Source: Burkholderiaceae bacterium (GTDB lineage Bacteria; Pseudomonadota; Gammaproteobacteria; Burkholderiales; Burkholderiaceae_E). From it: 64,000 bases of DNA. The notes beneath the pieces are model-generated. The model was not told where the DNA came from, made no database searches, and worked only from the letters and a program-made list of their open reading frames with translations. The stretch lies in the NCBI GenBank assembly GCA_036525975.1, contig DATCZK010000001.1, positions 5 through 64,004 on the forward strand, given 5' to 3'. Position numbers and translations under genes: made by a program. The stretch's first letter is position 1, and each line of letters begins with the position of its first letter. Below, one piece after another: positions 56,988 through 64,000 of the stretch.

Positions 56988-58159
56988 GCGAGCAACCCCC
57001 TGCGCGCGAGATCGCGCATCAACGCGCCGGCGCCGTAGGTCCAGGGCGCGGCTTCGTCGCTGTGCACGACGCGGTTGGCGAGCGTGCCCAGGCGCGGCGT
57101 GGACACCGTGACGACGTCGCCCACCGCGTGCGTGAACCCCTGCCCCGGGCCGAAGCGATCCTGCGTGGGCGCGAACATCGTGCCCAGGAACAGCACGAAG
57201 CCGTCGGGGTAGCGATGGTTCGCGCCGATGGTCTGCGCCACGAGGTCGAGCGGGTCGCGGCTGATCGCGGCGAGCGAGCTCGCGCCGCGCATCTGAAAGC
57301 CCTCGGGGCCGACGACCTCCAGCGAGAGCTCGCAGCCGCGCACGTCGTCGATGCCGAAACCGTCGTCGAAGAGCCGGATGAACGGGCCGATCGCGCAGCT
57401 CGCGTTGTTGTCCTTGGCCTTGCCCAGCAGCAGCGCGCTGCGGCCCTCGAAGTCGCGCAGGTTCACGTCGTTGCCGAGCGTGGCGCCCACGACCTCGCCG
57501 CGGCTGTTCACCGCGAGCACCACCTCCGGCTCGGGGTTGTTCCACTCGCTCTTCGGGTGGATGCCCACGTCGGCCCCGGTGCCCACCGCGCTCATCGGCT
57601 GGGATTTGGTGAACACCTCGGCGTCGGGGCCGATGCCCACCTCGAGGTACTGCGACCAGGCGCCCTGCGCGATCAGCACCTCCTTGAGCCGGGCGGCCTC
57701 GGGCGAGCCCGGGCGGATGCGCGCGAGGTTGTCGCCGATCACGGCCACGATCGCCTTGCGCACCGACTCCGCGCGCGCCGCGTCGCCGCGCGCCTGCTCC
57801 TCGATCACGCGCTCGAGCATCGACGCGACGAAGGTCACCCCGGCCGCCTTGATCGCCTGCAGGTCGCACGGTGCCAGCAGCCGGGGCCCGGAGGGGCCGA
57901 CGGCGCCGGCTGCGGAATTGGCCAGGAACGCGGCCGTCTCGCCGAGCCGCGCCCCGTCGTGCTCGCGCACGCGCCGCGCAACGTCGTCGAGCTCGAGCAG
58001 CGCGCTGCAGGTGGGCGCGAGGCGCGAGAGATCGGTCACGCCGTCGCCCTGCACGCGCACGAGCACCGGCCCCTGGCCGTCGACCCAGGCGCGCCCGACG
58101 AGCACCGCGCTCGCGTGGTCGAGCGGCAGCGCGCGCGAAGGATGGAGGTGGTGGTTCAT
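56984..58159 (-). CDS. Fumarylacetoacetate hydrolase-family protein (long, about 390-aa subtype)
   Basis: The start is MNHHLHPSR (ATG 58159). Recognised from ..GIHPKSEWNNPEPEVVLAVNSRGEVVGATLGNDVNLRDFEGRSALLLGKAKDNNASCAIGPF.., the FAH-fold metal/substrate region. Confidence 0.85.
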   Translation of the reverse strand: MNHHLHPSRALPLDHASAVLVGRAWVDGQGPVLVRVQGDGVTDLSRLAPTCSALLELDDVARRVREHDGARLGETAAFLANSAAGAVGPSGPRLLAPCDLQAIKAAGVTFVASMLERVIEEQARGDAARAESVRKAIVAVIGDNLARIRPGSPEAARLKEVLIAQGAWSQYLEVGIGPDAEVFTKSQPMSAVGTGADVGIHPKSEWNNPEPEVVLAVNSRGEVVGATLGNDVNLRDFEGRSALLLGKAKDNNASCAIGPFIRLFDDGFGIDDVRGCELSLEVVGPEGFQMRGASSLAAISRDPLDLVAQTIGANHRYPDGFVLFLGTMFAPTQDRFGPGQGFTHAVGDVVTVSTPRLGTLANRVVHSDEAAPWTYGAGALMRDLARRGLLA

Positions 58160-58358
58160 CGCTTTCTTCCCGAGGCGGGCCCGCGCAGGGCTGCAGCGGC
58201 TGCCGCCCCGGCCCGATGTCGATGCATGATACCCACACGATCGAAAAACGCGCGCTGCGACGCGGGCACTTGCGCTTACACTGGCGCCCGGACGGCGGCG
58301 ATCGGGCGGCGGCGATCGCAAGCTTCGGCGCCAAGCCCGCACATCGGAGACCTCGCCC

Positions 58359-58655
58359 ATGCCCTACGCGATCATCACGACCGACAAACCCGCCCACCTC
58401 GAACTGCGCACGTCGGTGCGCGCCGAGCACCTCGCCTACCTGCGCGCGCACGCCGGCATGCTGCTCGCCGCCGGCGCGCTGATCGAGGACGACGGCACCG
58501 GCGGCAGCGGCGGCGTGCTGCTCGTGGACACCGACGAGCGCGCGGTGGCCGAGCAATTCGCCGCCGACGACCCGTTCACCCGGGCCGGCCTGTTCGACAA
58601 GGTGGTGATCCAGCGCTGGCGCAAGGCGTTCGTCGACGGCAAGGCGCTGATCTGA
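58359..58655 (+). CDS. YciI-family protein
   Basis: 98 aa. It has ..RAEHLAYLRAHAGMLLAAGAL.. ; ..FAADDPFTRAGLFDKVVIQRWRK.., the typical YciI pattern. Confidence 0.88.
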   Translation: MPYAIITTDKPAHLELRTSVRAEHLAYLRAHAGMLLAAGALIEDDGTGGSGGVLLVDTDERAVAEQFAADDPFTRAGLFDKVVIQRWRKAFVDGKALI

Positions 58656-58674
58656 AATTTCGTCCGGAGCCACG

Positions 58675-60141
58675 ATGGACACCGCATTCGACCTGTTGAT
58701 CCGCAACGCCACCGTCGTCGACGGCACCGGCGCACCGCGCTATGGCGCCGACATCGGCATCAAGGGCGACCGCATCGCGCGCATCGGCGACCTCTCCGGG
58801 CAGCGGGGCGCCCTCGAGATCGACCTGCGCGAGCGCATCGCCGCGCCCGGGTTCATCGACGCGCACACGCACGACGACCGGTTCATGCTCTCCAACCCCG
58901 ACATGACGCCGAAAGTGAGCCAGGGCGTGACCACCGTGATCGGCGGCAATTGCGGCGTGTCGCTCGCGCCGATGCCGCGCCCGATCCCGGACCCGGTCAC
59001 GCCGCCGCTGAACCTGCTCGACGACGCCGGCGAGTGGTTCCGGTTTCGCAGCTTCGGCGCCTACCTCGACGCGCTGCGCGCCGCGCCGGCGGCCACCAAC
59101 TGCGCGATGCTGGTGGGGCACAGCACGCTTCGCATCACGACGATGGACGACCTGAACCGGCCCGCGACCGCGTCCGAGATCGCGGCGATGCGCGCGCTGG
59201 TGGACGAGGCGATGGCCGCGGGCGCGATCGGCGTGTCAACGGGGCTGTTCTACGAGCCGGCGATCGCCGCGCCCACCGAGGAAGTGATCGAGATCTGCAG
59301 GCCGCTCGCGGCGCACGGCGGCATCTACTGCACGCACATGCGCGACGAGGCCGACCACATCGTCGACTCGCTCGAGGAAACCTTCCGCATCGGCCGCGAG
59401 GTGGGCGTGCCGGTGGTGATCTCGCACCACAAGCTCACCGAGAAGGCGAACCACGGCCGCTCGAAGGAAACGCTCGCGCTGATCAGGCAGCGGATGTCCG
59501 GGCAAACCGTGTGCCTGGACTGCTATCCGTACACCGCCGGCTCCACCGTGCTCTCGGCGCACCGCGCCGCGGGCGCGTCGCGCGTGATCGTGACCTGGTC
59601 CAAGGCGCTGCCCGAGCACGCCGGCAAGGATCTGGCCGACATCGCGGAGACGATGGGCGTGTCGCAGGCCGAGGCGATCGATCGGCTGAACCCGGCCGGC
59701 GCGATCTACTTCAAGATGGACGAGGCCGACGTGCAGCGCATCCTCCAGTTCGACGAGACGATGATCGGTTCGGACGGCCTGCCGCACGACGCGCGGCCGC
59801 ACCCGCGGCTGTGGGGCACCTTCCCGCGCGTGCTGGGCCACTACAGCCGCGAGCTCAAGCTGTTCCCGCTGGAGACGGCCGTGCACAAGATGACCGGGCT
59901 CACCGCGCGCAACTTCGGGCTGCGCGACCGCGGCGTGCTCAGGGAAGGCGCGTTCGCCGACCTCACGCTGTTCGACGCGGACACGGTGGACGAGGCGGTG
60001 AGCTACGCGGCGCCGGTGGGCCCGGCGCGCGGCATCGACACGGTGATCGTGAACGGGCAGATCGTCTGGCGCGACGGCGCCAGCACCGGCGCCCGACCCG
60101 GGCGAGTCCTGGAGCGAGACGCCGCCGCCGCGGCGGGCTGA
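58675..60141 (+). CDS. N-acyl-D-amino-acid deacylase (D-aminoacylase; amidohydrolase superfamily)
   Basis: 488 aa. It has FDLLIRNATVVDGTGAPRYGADIGIKGDRIARIGDL.. and ..APGFIDAHTHDD.. (the HxH metal motif), with the length and pattern of D-aminoacylases. Confidence 0.9.
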   Translation: MDTAFDLLIRNATVVDGTGAPRYGADIGIKGDRIARIGDLSGQRGALEIDLRERIAAPGFIDAHTHDDRFMLSNPDMTPKVSQGVTTVIGGNCGVSLAPMPRPIPDPVTPPLNLLDDAGEWFRFRSFGAYLDALRAAPAATNCAMLVGHSTLRITTMDDLNRPATASEIAAMRALVDEAMAAGAIGVSTGLFYEPAIAAPTEEVIEICRPLAAHGGIYCTHMRDEADHIVDSLEETFRIGREVGVPVVISHHKLTEKANHGRSKETLALIRQRMSGQTVCLDCYPYTAGSTVLSAHRAAGASRVIVTWSKALPEHAGKDLADIAETMGVSQAEAIDRLNPAGAIYFKMDEADVQRILQFDETMIGSDGLPHDARPHPRLWGTFPRVLGHYSRELKLFPLETAVHKMTGLTARNFGLRDRGVLREGAFADLTLFDADTVDEAVSYAAPVGPARGIDTVIVNGQIVWRDGASTGARPGRVLERDAAAAAG

Positions 60142-60239
60142 GCCGCGCGATCGCCCGATCGCGGGGCTACTGGACGGCGGGGGGCGCACGGGCGGACAAT
60201 CGAAGTGCGGATCAACCGCATTCGAGCGAGGAAATCAAG

Positions 60240-60791
60240 ATGAACGAAAAGACCTCCACCCGCCTCGTGCGCGCCTCGGTTCTGGCCCTGGGCCTGAGCG
60301 CCTTGCTCGGCGCCTGCTACGTGGTGCCGATGAACCCCGACGGTTCGCCAGCCTGGCAGTACCTGCCGCCCCCGCCGCCGGCCGCCGGCGCTCCGGTCGC
60401 GGCGCCGCCGGCGATGCCCGCGATGGCGAGTTCCTATCAGGCGCGCCTTTATCCGATGAACGAACTGGCGGCGCAGTCCGGGCAGCTGGTGGCCACGATC
60501 GCCGACCTGCACACCGGGCGCGGCGTTCTGTCGATGACGATGGCCGGCGAGTTCCTCACCGGCGAGGCCACGCGCGTTTCCGACTCGCACCCCGGGTTCG
60601 GCGCGGTCTACCAGCGCGTGCTCAGGACGCCGATCAAGGTCGCGCCGGGCCAGCCCAGGGGGATCGCGAACGCCACCGGATCGCGCGGCACCTGGGTGAA
60701 CTGCGAGTACGTGCTCGAGCAAAGCGGCCGAGGAACGGGCGCGTGCATGATGTCCAACGGGGCCGCCTACCAGATCCACTTCGGGAACTGA
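60240..60791 (+). CDS. Hypothetical lipoprotein
   Basis: ATG at 60240. It has a lipobox (LSALLGAC), a Pro/Ala-rich linker (PPPPPAAGAPVAAPPAMPAM), then a roughly 120-aa domain with normal composition. I recognise no family. Confidence 0.6.
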   Translation: MNEKTSTRLVRASVLALGLSALLGACYVVPMNPDGSPAWQYLPPPPPAAGAPVAAPPAMPAMASSYQARLYPMNELAAQSGQLVATIADLHTGRGVLSMTMAGEFLTGEATRVSDSHPGFGAVYQRVLRTPIKVAPGQPRGIANATGSRGTWVNCEYVLEQSGRGTGACMMSNGAAYQIHFGN

Positions 60792-60848
60792 GGCCGCTCG
60801 CGCGCCGCTGAACCGGGGCGAAGGCCCCGCGGGGTTATCCTTCGTGCC

Positions 60849-62612
60849 ATGTACGCGCGCCACTTCGGGCTGAGCCAGCCGCCGTTCTCGATCGCGCCCG
60901 ATCCGCGCTACCTCTTCATGAGCGAGCGCCACCGCGAGGCGCTCGCGCACCTGCTCTACGGGGTGCGCGGCGGCGGCGGTTTCGTCGTGCTCACCGGCGA
61001 GATCGGCGCGGGCAAGACCACGGTGTGCCGCAGCTTCCTCGAGCAGATCCCCCCGGGCTGCGAGGTGGCCTACATCTTCAACCCGAAGCTCACGGTGCAG
61101 GAGCTGCTCGGCTCGATCTGCGCGGAGTTCCGCGTGCCCTACCGGCACGAAGGCCCGGGAGTCGCGACGGTCAAGGACTACGTCGACGCGCTCAACCAGT
61201 ACCTGCTGAAGATGCACGCGGCGGGGCGCAACAACGTCCTGATCATCGACGAGGCGCAGAGCCTGTCGGCCGAGGTGCTCGAACAGCTGCGCCTGCTCAC
61301 CAACCTCGAGACGAACGAGCACAAGCTGTTGCAGATCGTGCTGATCGGGCAGCCCGAGCTGCGCGCGATGCTCGCCCGCCCCGAGCTCGAGCAGCTCGCG
61401 CAGCGGGTGGTCGCGCGCTACCACCTCGGCGCGCTCTCGCAAACCGAGAGCCGGCACTACGTGGCGCATCGCCTCGCGGTGGCGGGCCTGACGCAGGCGC
61501 CGCCGTTCAGCGACGCGGCCATGGCGCGCATCCACCGCTATTCGCGCGGGGTGCCCAGGCGCATCAACCTGTTGTGCGACCGCGCGCTGCTCGGCGCGTA
61601 CGCCAAGGGCGAGAGCCGCGTGGACCAGCGCACCGTGGACGCCGCCGCGAAAGAAGTGCTCGAGCGCCCCGACCTGGCGATGGTCAAGCGCAAGCGCCTC
61701 GAGCGCGCGGCGCTGCTCGCGGCGGGGCTGGCCACCGGGGCGGCGCTCGCGGGCGTGGTCACCTTCGCGCTCGACCCCGCCGGGCGCGTGACCTCGCCCG
61801 CGGACCGGGCCGCGCTCGCCGGCGCGGCGTCGACGGCGGTTGCGGGCGGCGCCGCGGTGGCGGCGTCACGGCCGGACAGCGCTGGCGCGCCGGCGGCGAC
61901 GCCTTCCGAAGCCGGGGGTGGCGCGGCCAAGGGGGAGCCGGCCGCGGCGCTCTCGCTTGCATCGTCCGCGGCCACCGCTTCGCGGCCCGCCGAGGCGCAG
62001 GCTTTCGACCTGCCCACGGGCTTCGCGTCGATGGTGGGCGCGCAGGACGATGCGTGGCGCGAACTGGCGCGGATCTGGGGAATCGCCCCGCTCGAGGGCG
62101 ACCCTTGCGCGGCCTCGCAGCAGCGCCAGATCCAGTGCTATCGCAACCCGAACATCACGCTCGCGCTGATCAGGCAGCTCGACCGCCCCGGAATCCTCAC
62201 GCTGCGCGACGCCGACAAGCGCGCCGCGCACGCCGTGCTGACCGGGCTGTCGGACAAGGACGCCACGCTGCGCATCGGCAACGCCTCGCGCACGGTTTCG
62301 CTGGTGTCGCTGGCCGACTACTGGCGCGGCGAGTTCACGACGCTGTGGCGGGCGCCGCCGGGCTACTCGGGCAGGAACGTCACGAGCAGCGCGGCCCCGA
62401 GCGCGCGCTGGATCGCGCGCCACCTCGCGGCCGCGCGCGGAGAGACGCGCCCCCTCGCCGGGGGTTTCGACGACACCGAACTGCGGGGCTGGGTGCACGG
62501 GTTCCAGCTGGCGCAGGGCCTGCCCTCGGACGGCATCGCCGGCCCGGTGACGCTGATGCGCCTGAACCGCGTGATCGGCATCGACGAGCCGAAGCTCGCG
62601 GCGGAGAACTGA
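60849..62612 (+). CDS. gspA: ExeA/GspA-family AAA ATPase with a C-terminal peptidoglycan-binding domain
   Basis: 587 aa. It has MYARHFGLSQPPFSIAPDPRYLFMSERHREALAHLLYG.. and GEIGAGKTT (Walker A), a central transmembrane helix plus Ala-rich linker, and a C-terminal ..FQLAQGLPSDGIAGPVTLMRL (PG_binding_1-like). Confidence 0.9.
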   Translation: MYARHFGLSQPPFSIAPDPRYLFMSERHREALAHLLYGVRGGGGFVVLTGEIGAGKTTVCRSFLEQIPPGCEVAYIFNPKLTVQELLGSICAEFRVPYRHEGPGVATVKDYVDALNQYLLKMHAAGRNNVLIIDEAQSLSAEVLEQLRLLTNLETNEHKLLQIVLIGQPELRAMLARPELEQLAQRVVARYHLGALSQTESRHYVAHRLAVAGLTQAPPFSDAAMARIHRYSRGVPRRINLLCDRALLGAYAKGESRVDQRTVDAAAKEVLERPDLAMVKRKRLERAALLAAGLATGAALAGVVTFALDPAGRVTSPADRAALAGAASTAVAGGAAVAASRPDSAGAPAATPSEAGGGAAKGEPAAALSLASSAATASRPAEAQAFDLPTGFASMVGAQDDAWRELARIWGIAPLEGDPCAASQQRQIQCYRNPNITLALIRQLDRPGILTLRDADKRAAHAVLTGLSDKDATLRIGNASRTVSLVSLADYWRGEFTTLWRAPPGYSGRNVTSSAAPSARWIARHLAAARGETRPLAGGFDDTELRGWVHGFQLAQGLPSDGIAGPVTLMRLNRVIGIDEPKLAAEN

Positions 62613-62616
62613 AGCC

Positions 62617-63426
62617 GTGTCGCTGATCCTCGACGCGCTGCGAAAGGCGGACTCCGAACGCGAGCGCGGTTCGGTGCCGGGCCTGCACGCCCATCCGCTG
62701 CCGGCGCTCGCAGCCGAACCGGCGCAGGCCTCCCGCAAGCGAGCCTGGCAGTGGGCGCTGGCCGGCCTCGCGGTCGCGGGTGCGCTCGCCTGGTACGTGG
62801 CCGCGCGCGACGCAGGCTGGGCGCCGGCGGAATCGCCCCCCCCGAAGGCGGTGCCTGGCGCGGCGCGCGCCTCGGCCCCGACAACGACCGCGGCCACGCG
62901 GGCAGCCGCGGCTCTCGCGCGCGGCGAGCTGCCCCCGGCGGCCGAGCCGGCGCCCTGGCCCGCGCGCGAGAGCCGCGGCGCGGCACGGTCGGCCGCCGAG
63001 CCGGCAACTGCCGAGCCGGCAACCGCGGCACTCGCAGCAACCGCACCGGCGACTGCCGAGCCGGGGCGCACCGCGCCGGCGGGCACCTCCCGGGCGACCC
63101 CCGCCCCCACGGCCGGTACGCCCCGACCCGGGGCGCAGGCGAGCGTTGCGCCCGCTGTCGCTTCGCCTTCCGCCGACGCGCGGCCGCCAGCCGAGGCCGG
63201 GGTCTACGCCGTGGAACAGCTGCCCCAGCACATCCGTTCCCAGTTGCCGGCGCTGTCCGTCACCGGCGCGATCTACTCGCCGAACGCCGCGGACCGCACG
63301 CTGATCGTGAACGGGCGCCTGGTGCGCGAAAAGCAGTCGCTCGCCGCCGACCTCTCGCTCGAGCAGATCGGCCAGAAATCGGCGGTGCTCAGCTTCAGGG
63401 GGTACCGCTTCGAGCTCAGGTTCTAG
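62617..63426 (+). CDS. gspB: General secretion pathway protein B (ExeB/GspB)
   Basis: 269 aa with a GTG start 4 nt after the gspA stop. MSLILDALRKADSERERG is the GspB-type N-terminus. This is followed by a transmembrane helix, a long Ala/Pro-rich linker, and a C-terminal ..LSVTGAIYSPNAADRTLIVNGRLVRE.. domain. Confidence 0.8.
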   Translation: MSLILDALRKADSERERGSVPGLHAHPLPALAAEPAQASRKRAWQWALAGLAVAGALAWYVAARDAGWAPAESPPPKAVPGAARASAPTTTAATRAAAALARGELPPAAEPAPWPARESRGAARSAAEPATAEPATAALAATAPATAEPGRTAPAGTSRATPAPTAGTPRPGAQASVAPAVASPSADARPPAEAGVYAVEQLPQHIRSQLPALSVTGAIYSPNAADRTLIVNGRLVREKQSLAADLSLEQIGQKSAVLSFRGYRFELRF

Positions 63427-63462
63427 CCCGCGCCGGGCGGCGGCCGTTATACACTGCCGAGG

Positions 63463-63488
63463 CCACTCCCGACCACCACTCCCGACCA
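63463..63488. repeat. Perfect 13-bp tandem duplication CCACTCCCGACCA x2 upstream of the GDSL gene
   Basis: Read directly: 63463..63475 is identical to 63476..63488. The repeat spans 31-56 nt upstream of the ATG at 63519. Confidence 0.9.
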
Positions 63489-63518
63489 ACAACCCGATCG
63501 AAAGCGGAGGCACAGAAG

Positions 63519-64000
63519 ATGAGGCTGCTCAAGACGATCCTCGCATGCTTGGCCGCGGCGAGCCTGCTCGCTGCCTGCGGCAGCGGCGACAAGGTCCAGT
63601 TTCGGTACGTCGTTTCCTTCGGCGACAGCGTCAGCGACGCCGGCACCTACAAGGTGGGCACGATCGCCGCGCTGGGCGGCGGCCAGTTCACCGTGAACGG
63701 CCCCACGGCCAAGACCTGGACGCAGATCCTGAGCGATCTGGTGCACCAGCGCGAACCCGGCTGGCCCCGCCAGTGCGCCGCGCAAACCGGCATGCTGCCC
63801 AACAACGGCGCAACCGGCGCGCCGGTCACCGACTTCCCCAACTGCTTCAACTATGCGCAGGGCAGCAGCCGCGTGAGCTCCAGCGGCACCGGCCCCAACG
63901 GCGTCGGGCTGCAGGCGTACGGCGACTCCAACCTCGGCTTCATGGCCGATTCGCTGCTCGAGCAGATGAACCGGCACCTCGCCAGGGTGGGCGGCAGCTA
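63519..64000 (+). CDS. SGNH/GDSL-family hydrolase lipoprotein (partial; runs off the window)
   Basis: Absent from the ORF track because it is open at the edge. A GGAGG RBS precedes MRLLKTILACLAAASLLAAC (lipobox), then the ..YVVSFGDSVSDAG.. GDSL block I. Confidence 0.8.
   Translation, partial: MRLLKTILACLAAASLLAACGSGDKVQFRYVVSFGDSVSDAGTYKVGTIAALGGGQFTVNGPTAKTWTQILSDLVHQREPGWPRQCAAQTGMLPNNGATGAPVTDFPNCFNYAQGSSRVSSSGTGPNGVGLQAYGDSNLGFMADSLLEQMNRHLARVGGS

Overview
This is a 64-kb chromosomal segment that is very GC-rich (about 70% by eye; I did not compute it). All six frames carry long Arg/Ala/Gly-rich ORFs, so most of the supplied ORF track is spurious. I called genes only where the translated sequence shows recognisable family motifs, signal peptides or sensible operon geometry.

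I support about 54 CDS. I see no rRNA, tRNA, CRISPR array, transposase, integrase or prophage. The housekeeping synteny (yebC, purD-hemF-nadD-rsfS-rlmH-maf-rng, msbA, dnaE, gluQ) looks betaproteobacterial and Burkholderiales-like; that is inference only.

Main content:
1. At the left edge (1..5449, minus strand) sits a complete Mtr-type outer-membrane electron conduit. The order is monoheme cytochrome c, a CymA-like tetraheme quinol dehydrogenase, an MtrC-like decaheme lipoprotein, decaheme MtrA, and an MtrB porin that runs off the window. An FNR-type class II promoter lies upstream.
2. Directly upstream on the same strand is the conserved but functionally uncharacterised operon DUF2126 transglutaminase, circularly permuted ATP-grasp fused to alpha-E, and transglutaminase.
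3. Further upstream on that strand are a small c-type cytochrome and a secreted metzincin-like protease.
4. A tightly coupled TRAP-transporter operon carries diaminopropionate ammonia-lyase, an M20 (L-carbamoylase-type) amidohydrolase and a true D-carbamoylase. This looks like an uncharacterised ureido/diamino-acid catabolic route.
5. The rest comprises phnDCEE, aapJQMP, rhlE, fadD, a DHDPS-family/FAH-family pair, YciI plus D-aminoacylase, ExeA/GspB, and a partial GDSL lipoprotein at the right edge.

Small structural oddities include a 12-bp tandem repeat that reiterates the aapP stop codon in frame five times, two other short tandem duplications, and a perfect 16-bp-stem hairpin after aapJ.

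Start codons are my best reading and may be off by a few codons. No database search or structure prediction was possible.
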